A DNA stretch of 64,000 nucleotides, taken from the NCBI GenBank assembly GCA_001002765.1, contig LCMS01000002.1, forward strand, positions 1,454 through 65,453, read 5' to 3'. The notes under the pieces are model-generated. The model saw only the letters and a program-made list of their open reading frames with translations, made no database searches and was not told the DNA's origin. Positions 28,159-39,677 of this stretch are shown one piece after another. Each line of letters starts with the position of its first letter. Positions within the stretch are counted from its first letter, which is position 1. Position numbers and translations under genes: made by a program. This stretch comes from Candidatus Uhrbacteria bacterium GW2011_GWE2_46_68 (GTDB lineage: Bacteria > Patescibacteriota > Patescibacteriia > UBA9934 > GWF2-40-263).

Positions 28159-29022
28159 TCAGATCTCTTTATAGTGTTGAAACATGTTTTGGACTACGGC
28201 ATCTATTCCTTCATAACAACTTTGCGGATCTGCTGTCAGATTCGGGATTGAGACGGTGACAAAGAGAGGAATCCATTGAATTTCTGGATAATGAGTTGCG
28301 AATTCCATAACTCCCAGCAAGAAAGGAAGGTGAAGGTCATTGTGAAGATCGGGTATTGCGATTTCTACAGAAACATCTCTATTTTTTCTTGTTTTCACCT
28401 GAAAGCAGAATCCAAATTCGCCTGAAGGATCAAGAGCAAAGAGATCTATTTTCCAGGCAATGTCTTCAAAAGGGGTTGGATGATAGACCTCTGTGTCGTA
28501 TCGACGCAGAGATTGAATAAAGAGAGCAACTCCCAAGGCTCCTTGGCAGTAAATTTCCCAAGATCGTTGTTCGTCCCTTTTTTCTCCAGGGTACATTTCT
28601 CGAGAAAAATAACGACTTAGCGATCCAGCCAATCCGCGATAACTCTCAGCAAGATGCATGAGCATCATGGACCCAATCTTCCCCACGTTTGATCCGTAGA
28701 AGACAGTTCGTTCTGCTACGTCCATTTCCTCTAGTGCTAAAATAAATCCATGAAAAAACGAAGCGCAAAGGATGGGTTGTAGATCAGAGGAACAAGAAGG
28801 GAATAATTCTTGGAACACGGCAATAAACAGACTTATCTGAAAGTATCTTTTCTTGAAATCCTCTCTTGTTCTTTGCCCCTGCGTATATCCAGCTTCTTTC
28901 GCCTTGCGCATTTCTTGCGAAAGGGAACCTGGCAATTCACAAAGAGGGGTTCGTTCTCTCGCATAAGAATGGTTTGATCTAAATTTTTCTCTATTTGTCA
29001 AAGAACACCTCGCAAGAAGCAA
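28159..29022 (-). CDS. Hypothetical protein (287 aa), no recognisable domain
   Basis: ORF only. Lies upstream of and co-directional with the M16 peptidase. Confidence 0.35.
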   Translation of the reverse strand: MLLARCSLTNREKFRSNHSYARERTPLCELPGSLSQEMRKAKEAGYTQGQRTREDFKKRYFQISLFIAVFQELFPSCSSDLQPILCASFFHGFILALEEMDVAERTVFYGSNVGKIGSMMLMHLAESYRGLAGSLSRYFSREMYPGEKRDEQRSWEIYCQGALGVALFIQSLRRYDTEVYHPTPFEDIAWKIDLFALDPSGEFGFCFQVKTRKNRDVSVEIAIPDLHNDLHLPFLLGVMEFATHYPEIQWIPLFVTVSIPNLTADPQSCYEGIDAVVQNMFQHYKEI

Positions 29023-29135
29023 GATAAGTTATCCTAAAGAAAGGAAGGAGCGAAGTCAATCTTAGGTGATGAAAAAACGGCCGAACCAATTATTGTGAAA
29101 TAAAGGTTCAGGCCGTCGTGCGATGTCAGATGAGA

Positions 29136-30389
29136 CTAAGGTCGCGTAATAAGAGTCCATCTTTTCTCTGATTGGAGCCACGGGAGCAGATTTCGAACAT
29201 CGTCCATGGTCACACTCTCAAAGTCATTACTAGTTTCTGAAAGTGGGATGATCCGTTGGTGATGTCCAAGATCATTGATGGCACCATTGCAGACTTCATT
29301 GCCGGTTAGATCAATCATAGATTTACTTGCAAGGATGTGTCGTTTGAATCGTTCAAGCAAATCTTCACGATGTTTTATTGAAGCGATGCATTCCTCTATG
29401 ACTTTCTCGATCTGATCAAGTGCTTCAAGTTTAAACGCACCGCAACAGATAGAGAATCGGCTGAAGTCTCGAAAATTGAGTTGAGCGCTGTTGATAGCAT
29501 AGGTCCAAGCACGCTTCTCTCGCACTTCCTCGTCTAATATTTCATCGAATATATTTCTTGTGACACGGATGATCTGTCTGTTGATATTCCCTGGGATTTT
29601 CGCGACACTTCGGTATACACAGATCTCGACCGGAACGTTGAGGTATTTTGACATCTCGAGGATATAACGGGTTTCTGAAGGTGGTTTGACATCAGTCATC
29701 AGAGTCGGAAGAGGTGTGCGTACCCCATCTTTTTTCACAGCGAAAGGACTTTCAAAAAGAAGCTTAACAAGTTCTGAGAGTTGCATGCCGCCGACACCCA
29801 CGATACTCATATTCGCAGGGGTGTAGTGTGCATTATAGTGTGATTGCAAATCACCTTGTGTGATTCGTCCGATTGAATCTAGATCGCCGATCGGACAAAC
29901 AATCCTATCGAGCCAGTGGCCGGTATAGAGAGCATGATGCTCACGCATGGCAAGGTCGAATTGTTGCCTGAATGGATATCGTCGATGAAATTCACCACCA
30001 ATAATCTGACGTTCCTTCTCAATGGATTTTTCAAGTCTGGCTGAAAGCAACATGTGTCCAAAGATTGAGAATGCCTTTGTAAGAATTGCCTCATGTATAG
30101 GTACAAAGAATTGGTAGTATGTGTGAGGATAACCAGTCGCACCAAGACGGACCGTTCCTCCGCAATCCTCAAACAACACACAGATTTCTCTTGCTGAGAC
30201 AGTGCCGTTTTTTGACACTAAATGTTCGACAAAGTGTGACAGTCCTTCGAGTCCAATGGGATCATGCTCTGCTCCACTGTGAATCACAAATGCTATAACT
30301 TCCCACGTGCGTCCTGGCCAATGAGCTGCGTGGACCGTGAGACCATTTGGTAATGTTGTTGATTGGAATTCAGCGTACGGATCCCACAT
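29136..30389 (-). CDS. M16 (insulinase/pitrilysin) family zinc peptidase
   Basis: Inverted zinc-binding motif HFVEH (HxxEH) near the N-terminus. Length of 417 aa is typical of M16B. Confidence 0.65.
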   Translation of the reverse strand: MWDPYAEFQSTTLPNGLTVHAAHWPGRTWEVIAFVIHSGAEHDPIGLEGLSHFVEHLVSKNGTVSAREICVLFEDCGGTVRLGATGYPHTYYQFFVPIHEAILTKAFSIFGHMLLSARLEKSIEKERQIIGGEFHRRYPFRQQFDLAMREHHALYTGHWLDRIVCPIGDLDSIGRITQGDLQSHYNAHYTPANMSIVGVGGMQLSELVKLLFESPFAVKKDGVRTPLPTLMTDVKPPSETRYILEMSKYLNVPVEICVYRSVAKIPGNINRQIIRVTRNIFDEILDEEVREKRAWTYAINSAQLNFRDFSRFSICCGAFKLEALDQIEKVIEECIASIKHREDLLERFKRHILASKSMIDLTGNEVCNGAINDLGHHQRIIPLSETSNDFESVTMDDVRNLLPWLQSEKRWTLITRP

Positions 30390-30556
30390 AAGAGTTTCCC
30401 TTTGTTAAAGAGCTTTTGAAAAATTTCTATACGTGGAAGCTTCCATGTATAGAAGACAGGACTTTGTATCAGTTTTAATTATTTTTGTCATTTTTTTGTA
30501 ACGTGAACAGACCATTTTCTCGACAAAAGGAAAAACCTTGTTTACGATAACGTCAT

Positions 30557-31147
30557 ATGCGCATTATTTTGGTTCATGGGTTTAAGGCTTCTCCACAAAT
30601 GAATTTTCATCCTTGGCTTGCGGGGGAACTTCGCAAGGCAGGGTATGAGGTAGTGACTCCCATCCTTCCACTTTCCGATGGAGAGAATTTTGATTTGACT
30701 TTGGTTATGGAAAAAATGAAAGAGCAAGTGGGTTATTTAAAAAGCGATGATATTTTGCTCGGGCATTCGCTGGGAGGTTTGATCGCCTTGCGTTACCTGG
30801 AGTCTATCGAGATGACACAAACCCCTCATGCCATGGTATTGGTGGGGGCACCCTGGAAAGTGTCGCGACCCGAGCTTCGACCGCTTTTTATGGCAGATCT
30901 GGATGCCGATGTTTTAATGTGGAAAGCGCGGGAGTTCGTGATCATCCATTCTAAAGACGATACTCTCGTTCCATTTGAACACGGAGAGCGATTAGCCGAG
31001 GCACTCAAAGCTCGACTGGTGGTGACTACAGGGGATGATCATTATATGGGAGAGCGTTATCCAGTACTTTTGGAAGAGATCAATCGTCTTATCTCCATCC
31101 CGCATATTTTTGAGCCAGGCGAGGGGCTCCCTGATGATTTTTCTTAA
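30557..31147 (+). CDS. Alpha/beta hydrolase, YdeN/RBBP9-like serine hydrolase
   Basis: ILVHGF, nucleophile elbow GHSLGG, C-terminal His. A terminator hairpin lies at 31150-31180. Confidence 0.6.
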   Translation: MRIILVHGFKASPQMNFHPWLAGELRKAGYEVVTPILPLSDGENFDLTLVMEKMKEQVGYLKSDDILLGHSLGGLIALRYLESIEMTQTPHAMVLVGAPWKVSRPELRPLFMADLDADVLMWKAREFVIIHSKDDTLVPFEHGERLAEALKARLVVTTGDDHYMGERYPVLLEEINRLISIPHIFEPGEGLPDDFS

Positions 31148-31174
31148 AAGAAGAGACGCCCGCAGGCGTCTCTT

Positions 31175-31648
31175 TTAGTAGTGGTAGGTTTTGCATTTTA
31201 GAATCGTCATCGCTCGATAAAGTTGTTCTAAAAGAATGGTTTGAGCAAGTTCGTGGGGAAAGGTGAGGGGAGAAAGGGAAAGGAGTGCAGGTGTCTTAGA
31301 GAGAAGGTCAGGATCTAATCCCAAAGGTCCTCCCAATATGAAGACTAGATGTTTGGTTTCGTTTTGTGACCAGGAAAGCAGTTGAGTGGAAAATTCAAGA
31401 GAGGTATAGGATTTTCCTCGTTCGTGCAGAAGGATAAGAAGTGCATCTTTTGGACAGGCTGCAAGAAGGCGCTCAGCTTCCTTCTTTTTCACCTTTATTT
31501 TTTGGGAGGGTGAAGAAAATGGCTCGGGTTTTACAGAGAGGATCTGGATTTTAGCATAGGGAGACAACCGAAGAAGATATTCGTGGGAAAGGTCGGCAAG
31601 GCGTTTATCTTTTGTTTCTCCGACAGCAAGAATCGTAATATGAAGCAT
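31175..31648 (-). CDS. rlmH: 23S rRNA (pseudouridine1915-N3)-methyltransferase RlmH (SPOUT)
   Basis: 157 aa. LVFILGGPLGL and the overall SPOUT pattern. Confidence 0.8.
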   Translation of the reverse strand: MLHITILAVGETKDKRLADLSHEYLLRLSPYAKIQILSVKPEPFSSPSQKIKVKKKEAERLLAACPKDALLILLHERGKSYTSLEFSTQLLSWSQNETKHLVFILGGPLGLDPDLLSKTPALLSLSPLTFPHELAQTILLEQLYRAMTILKCKTYHY

Positions 31649-31739
31649 AGATTTTCTCTAGAATATCAGAAAAAAGAGAGGATTCAAAAGAAGAATTTTT
31701 TCTTGTGGATGAGGGAGGGATAAACAGGGTCAAATACCG

Positions 31740-31768
31740 TTGACACAAAAAGAGGGTTGGGATACTAT
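31740..31768 (+). promoter_or_regulatory. rRNA promoter (TTGACA-N17-TACTAT) about 290 nt upstream of 23S
   Basis: Hexamers read directly. The same hexamers occur upstream of 16S on the - strand. Confidence 0.6.
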
Positions 31769-32060
31769 GGCCGCGACCTAGAAAAGAAAAACGTGTGTTA
31801 AATTCAGGGAAACAATAGATATCCATTGCGGGATGGTGGATGTCTTCCCCAGAGTAAGCGCCCGCGCATTTGCGCGGTTTTTAAATCCTTTAGAATCAGA
31901 GAGGAGTGGTTATAAAACCATTCGTCCCTGATCCCAAAGATCAGGAAATAGATCCTTACAACTAAAGAAGAATCATACAAAAAGTAAGTAAAGTCATTGA
32001 AATTAGAAATATAATATCGAAATATTATATTGGGTCCACTGAAGGAAATAATCTTTCAGT

Positions 32061-35157
<3,097 letters not shown>

Positions 35158-35222
35158 ACTGAAAGGTTGTATCCTGTATGATTCTTCTTTGTAAGGAATC
35201 TTTTTATTAAAAGGGTTTCAAT

Positions 35223-35338
35223 GTCTCGGTGCCATTTCCAGGAGGGTCACACCTGTTCCCATCCCGAACACAGTCGTTAAGCCTCCTTGGGCCGATGGTA
35301 GTGCGTATGCGCGAGAGTAGGTGGGCGCCGGGACATTG
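35223..35338 (+). rRNA. rrf: 5S ribosomal RNA
   Basis: CCCATCCCGAACACAG...GCCGATGGTAGTG...GCGAGAGTAGG matches 5S conserved blocks. A T-run follows. Confidence 0.85.
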
Positions 35339-35514
35339 GAACTCTTTTTTGTTTCCCGATAGACTATCTAGGTATGGAAAAAAAATCTTGTTATCTTTGT
35401 CCTTTTGTGACCCATGCGGTGATGCTTGGGATAGGGCTTATTTTAGGGGGTCTTTTTCTTTAATAGATGACCTTGTATAAACCAACTCGCCTGCTATGAT
35501 AGAGGCGATTTTTT

Positions 35515-36273
35515 ATGACATTTCGATTTGTTATTTTGGCAGCTGGTATGGGGTCTCGCATGGGAGGATCAATTCCAAAGGCTCTCATTCCTGTTGGAGG
35601 AAAACCTATTTTGCAGTGGCTCCATGAATCCACCAAAGCGTCTGGAGTTGATGGAGTTCCCATTATCGTCATCGGGCATGAGCGTGATCAACTCTGTCGA
35701 TCGTTTCATGGAGTGAGTCAATATGTCGTGCAAGAGGAACAGCTTGGAACAGGCCATGCTGTCATGATGACACAGGAGGCAGCACGAGGATCTGACGCGA
35801 TCATCGTGCTTTATGGAGATCATCCCTTTATCTCTCCCCAAACACTTCGTCAGTTAAGTCATCAGCATGAGGCACAAGACAATACGATCACAATGATGAC
35901 CGTCACGGTTCCCTCCTTTGATGGTTGGCAAAGGGTTTTTGCTCATTGGGGACGCATTTTACGTAGTGACAAAGGAAAGATTTTAGGAATCAAAGAATAC
36001 AAAGATACGAGCGAAGAAGAGCGCCAGTGTTTGGAAGTAAATCCGGCTTTTCTCTGTTTTAAAGCTGATTGGCTTTGGAAAAATCTCAAAGAACTGAAAA
36101 ATGATAATAAACAAAAAGAGTATTATCTTACGGATTTGATCGCCATGGCTGTGGAGCAGAAAGAAAAAATAGAGACCATTCCCATTCCTCCAGAGGAAGC
36201 GATTGGTATCAATACGCCCGAGGAACAGGAGATCGCAGAACAAATTCTCCGCCAACAAAAACGACCCGAGTAA
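35515..36273 (+). CDS. Sugar-phosphate nucleotidyltransferase (GlmU N-terminal-like NTP-transferase domain)
   Basis: ILAAGMGSRMGGSIPKALIPVGGKP and QLGTGHAV resemble GlmU and other sugar-1-P nucleotidyltransferases. No acetyltransferase LbH domain. A terminator follows at about 36255-36290. Confidence 0.65.
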   Translation: MTFRFVILAAGMGSRMGGSIPKALIPVGGKPILQWLHESTKASGVDGVPIIVIGHERDQLCRSFHGVSQYVVQEEQLGTGHAVMMTQEAARGSDAIIVLYGDHPFISPQTLRQLSHQHEAQDNTITMMTVTVPSFDGWQRVFAHWGRILRSDKGKILGIKEYKDTSEEERQCLEVNPAFLCFKADWLWKNLKELKNDNKQKEYYLTDLIAMAVEQKEKIETIPIPPEEAIGINTPEEQEIAEQILRQQKRPE

Positions 36274-36288
36274 AGCGGGTCGTTTTAT

Positions 36289-36618
36289 TTACCGGACGTC
36301 TCCACTTCCTCCCAAAGTTCCGCGTTCTTGCCGTGAAGTTAATTTGTTGATGTTGTCCTGGGCGACTGTTTCAAGATCAATATGGAGTTCAGTTGCTAAG
36401 GCCGCCACATACCAGAGAACATCTCCAAGTTCGGCTTTGCACAGTTCTCGATAATCATCGGTGAGTACAGAATCATGATCTCGTATGATTTTTTTGATTT
36501 TATTAAGCATCTCTCCGGCTTCTCCGCCAAGTCCAAGAGCAGCGTAATAAAGATTTTCTCCAGCGTGAGGATAAGTGGCCGTCTTCCAGGACGCGGTTTG
36601 ATAATCAGAAAATTGCAT
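36289..36618 (-). CDS. MazG-like nucleotide pyrophosphohydrolase
   Basis: EAGEMLN...ELGDVLWYVAALA matches the MazG EExxE/D motifs. Confidence 0.7.
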   Translation of the reverse strand: MQFSDYQTASWKTATYPHAGENLYYAALGLGGEAGEMLNKIKKIIRDHDSVLTDDYRELCKAELGDVLWYVAALATELHIDLETVAQDNINKLTSRQERGTLGGSGDVR

Positions 36619-36655
36619 AGGCGATTGTTAAGAATATTGTTATGATAGCACACAT

Positions 36656-37912
36656 ATGCGCCTTATTGTCGACTGGCATATCCACTCCAAATATTCTCGA
36701 GCTTGCTCAAAAGATTTAGAGCTCCCTACCATTGCCAAATGGTGTGAGCGCAAAGGGATTCAGATTGTGACGACAGGGGATTGGACCCATCCCAAGTGGT
36801 TTGAGGAAATTTCCCGACTTCTTGAGGAAACAGGACAAGGTATCTATGAACTGCGCAATCGCTCAAGTTCCACGCGTTTCATGTTAACACAGGAGGTGAG
36901 TCAAATTTACAAACAAGGAGAAAAAACTCGCCGTGTTCACAATCTGATTTTTTCTCCTTCTCTGGAGACATGTAAAAAAGTGAACATCATGTTGACCGAT
37001 CATGGATGCAATTTGAAATCCGATGGTCGTCCTATTTTGGGAATCAACAGTGAAGAGCTTTATAAACGTCTCAAAGAGATTGATGATCGTATTTTGGTTG
37101 TACCAGCTCATGCTTGGACGCCCTGGTTTTCAGTGTTTGGCAGCAAATCAGGTTTTGATTCGCTTGAAGAATGTTTTGGATCCATGACACCATATATTTA
37201 TGCGATCGAAACCGGTCTTTCCTCTGATCCCACAATGAATCGCCGTTTATCCGCCTTGGATCATGTGACTATTATTTCCAATTCTGACGCACATTCTTGT
37301 CATAAACTCGGGCGTGAGGCCAACGTGTTTGATCTTTCCAAAGAGGAAGTCTCTTATAATACATTCACAGAGATTTTAAAAACCGGAGACGCAAAACGTT
37401 TTCTTTATACCATCGAGTTTCATCCAGAGGAAGGAAAATATTACGCGGACGGATGTGCGGATTGCCAATTTTCTTGTTCTCCGCAGGAATCCAAACGTTT
37501 GAAGTTTCGTTGTCCTTCTTGCAAAAAACTCATGACGCTTGGGGTGGGGCATCGCGTGGAAGCGCTTGCTGATCGTCCAGACAAATTTCCTCGAGGTATT
37601 CCTCACAAATACATTGTGCCACTTGAGGAAGTGCTTGCAGAGTCTTTTGGCGTTTCATCTCCCACATCCAAAAAAGTACAGGAAGAATATAATCACCTCA
37701 CCACCTGTGTCGCTGATGAATTTACACTATTACTTGATACTCCACTTGAACAGATTGCCGCACAGACAAAATATCCCGATGTGGTTGAAGCTATCCGTCG
37801 CATGCGAGCAGACGAAATGTATATTAAACCCGGGTATGACGGCATCTTTGGAGTTGTGAAGATTTTTGGTCCGGACGAAAAACGAACCCCAAAACAATCC
37901 ACCTTATTGTAG
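36656..37912 (+). CDS. PHP-domain protein resembling endonuclease Q (EndoQ) with a C-terminal zinc ribbon
   Basis: N-terminal DWHIHSKYSRACS with GDWTHP, and a C-terminal CADCQFSC...CPSCKK zinc ribbon. Pattern is known from archaeal EndoQ. A terminator lies at 37915-37955. Confidence 0.5.
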   Translation: MRLIVDWHIHSKYSRACSKDLELPTIAKWCERKGIQIVTTGDWTHPKWFEEISRLLEETGQGIYELRNRSSSTRFMLTQEVSQIYKQGEKTRRVHNLIFSPSLETCKKVNIMLTDHGCNLKSDGRPILGINSEELYKRLKEIDDRILVVPAHAWTPWFSVFGSKSGFDSLEECFGSMTPYIYAIETGLSSDPTMNRRLSALDHVTIISNSDAHSCHKLGREANVFDLSKEEVSYNTFTEILKTGDAKRFLYTIEFHPEEGKYYADGCADCQFSCSPQESKRLKFRCPSCKKLMTLGVGHRVEALADRPDKFPRGIPHKYIVPLEEVLAESFGVSSPTSKKVQEEYNHLTTCVADEFTLLLDTPLEQIAAQTKYPDVVEAIRRMRADEMYIKPGYDGIFGVVKIFGPDEKRTPKQSTLL

Positions 37913-37944
37913 AATCAAAAAACCTCCGGGCTTCCCCGGAGGTT

Positions 37945-39189
37945 TTATAAGACATCCACAAGTGTTCCCACAGAAGCCCAGTCATAGATCCACATCATGT
38001 CCGCAAGCGAAGCATTGATACACCCATGGCTCATGGGGTTTCCGAAATTATTATGCCAATAGGCATAGTGAATGTAGATGTGCGGATAAATGCGCAGATT
38101 CCACGGCACAAGACCAAGACTATAATTGTTTGGATTTTCCACGCCATAATTCCAGGTGTAATCCACCCAGGGAAGTTTGGCGAGGACCTCATGCTGTCCT
38201 ACCGGTGTTGTCCACGGCCATTTGGCTGCGGAAATGGGAAAAGTATTTGCCACAATACCTGACTCAAACGCGTAGAGTTGTTGAGTGGAAAGGTCGATCA
38301 CGATATGTTTTTGATCCTCAGGATATCCCATGGGGCGACCGGGGGCAGTGAGTGTTTCCACTGATCCATTTTGATCAAGATCAGCGAAAAGAATTTCCTG
38401 CGAGATAGACCACGATGGCTCATCTGTCACTACGACCGCTTGATAATTTTGTTTTTGCGTTTGAGGTGAGGTGAGGAGTTTTCCGTTTTCAATACGAACG
38501 GATACTCCTCGTGTATCATTCACGTCTGAAGAAAAAAATTCTTGTTCCAGCGTCATCTGTCCTTTTTGCCAAGACCAAATTTTTACATGTGGTCCACCCG
38601 TAGGTCCGGCACCTGTCACCAATTCCATCTGTCCATCCTCATCCATATCTCCACACGTTATATTTGTTCCCCCTCGAAACGAGGCATCATAAGCAAAAAA
38701 TCCCGGGCCCATTGCATGACCATAATTGGTAAAGAGTCGCACATGGGGGCCTCCACCATATTGGGCACTCGTGATAATTTCATTGACCCCATCTCCGGTG
38801 AGATCGCACGCCTCTACAAAAATGCCACTTCCCATATGAGCAGCATAGGCAAGAAAGCTTCCGATGACAGATCCATCTTGTCGAAGAATAGAGACGCGTG
38901 GTTCATTATGTACCCCGTTTCCCACAATGAGTTCCGGAACGCCATCCCAACCAAGATCCGCGACTGCTAAAGAAATTCCTCCGGCCCAATTTTCCATGGC
39001 ATAGTCGATCGTCTGTAACACGTTTCCTTCTTGATCGGAAATCGAAAAAGAAATTGAGTGGATGTTTGCAAGTGTAAGACTTGGGAAGAGAAAACAAATC
39101 CCAAGGCAAAAAGAGAGAAACCATTTCATACGTGTTTCTATTGTACCGTGTTTTTTTCTCTTCGTCAGACAAAAAATATCTCCCGACAC
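37945..39189 (-). CDS. L,D-transpeptidase (YkuD) domain protein with N-terminal FG-GAP/VCBS-like repeats
   Basis: C-terminal catalytic SHGCIN motif. D.DGDG-type repeats in the N-terminus. Signal peptide. Confidence 0.7.
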   Translation of the reverse strand: MSGDIFCLTKRKKHGTIETRMKWFLSFCLGICFLFPSLTLANIHSISFSISDQEGNVLQTIDYAMENWAGGISLAVADLGWDGVPELIVGNGVHNEPRVSILRQDGSVIGSFLAYAAHMGSGIFVEACDLTGDGVNEIITSAQYGGGPHVRLFTNYGHAMGPGFFAYDASFRGGTNITCGDMDEDGQMELVTGAGPTGGPHVKIWSWQKGQMTLEQEFFSSDVNDTRGVSVRIENGKLLTSPQTQKQNYQAVVVTDEPSWSISQEILFADLDQNGSVETLTAPGRPMGYPEDQKHIVIDLSTQQLYAFESGIVANTFPISAAKWPWTTPVGQHEVLAKLPWVDYTWNYGVENPNNYSLGLVPWNLRIYPHIYIHYAYWHNNFGNPMSHGCINASLADMMWIYDWASVGTLVDVL

Positions 39190-39225
39190 GTCTCGAGAGA
39201 TATTTTTTATTTGAGAGAGAAGAGC

Positions 39226-39318
39226 TTACTTTCTCTTCTTGGCTTTCGTGGCTTTCTTTGTTGCCTTCTTTGCGACTTTCTTCTTGGCAACTTTCTTTGC
39301 CTTTTTCTTTGCTGCCAT
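39226..39318 (-). CDS. 30-aa lysine/alanine-rich micro-protein (MAAKKKAKKVAKKKVAKKATKKATKAKKRK)
   Basis: Not in the ORF track because it is under 60 aa. Perfect SD GGAGGT 7 nt upstream of the ATG. A hairpin terminator lies downstream. Confidence 0.45.
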   Translation of the reverse strand: MAAKKKAKKVAKKKVAKKATKKATKAKKRK

Positions 39319-39677
39319 AATGTTACCTCCTTCAGTGAGTGTGAACACTCACGGTTTATAGTTATGCTCGACCGAGCACTGCAACACGTGAAGGAATGTA
39401 CGCGCTGCAGACAGGGTCGTGACGACGGACGCGCGTCATCGACGACTTAACTCCATTATAGATCATTCAGAACATGCGACAAGTTGTTTTTATAAAAAAA
39501 AGATGATGCTGTGGATAATTTTTTTTGAGAAAAAATATTTTTTGAAAAAAGATGACGGCCACGATCGGACAATGCGGAGTAAAAAAAGAAACGGATTCAC
39601 ACTTATTTTTTTATTTTTGCACTTTTTTGTTTTTATTTTTTTCTCTTTCACGCATTACCCGTTACGATGTTGCTACT

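Noticed and set aside
39420-39677. Possible glmS ribozyme or riboswitch in the AT-rich leader of glmS
   Set aside because: None of the conserved glmS-ribozyme core sequences are visible. The region is mostly A/T homopolymer runs.
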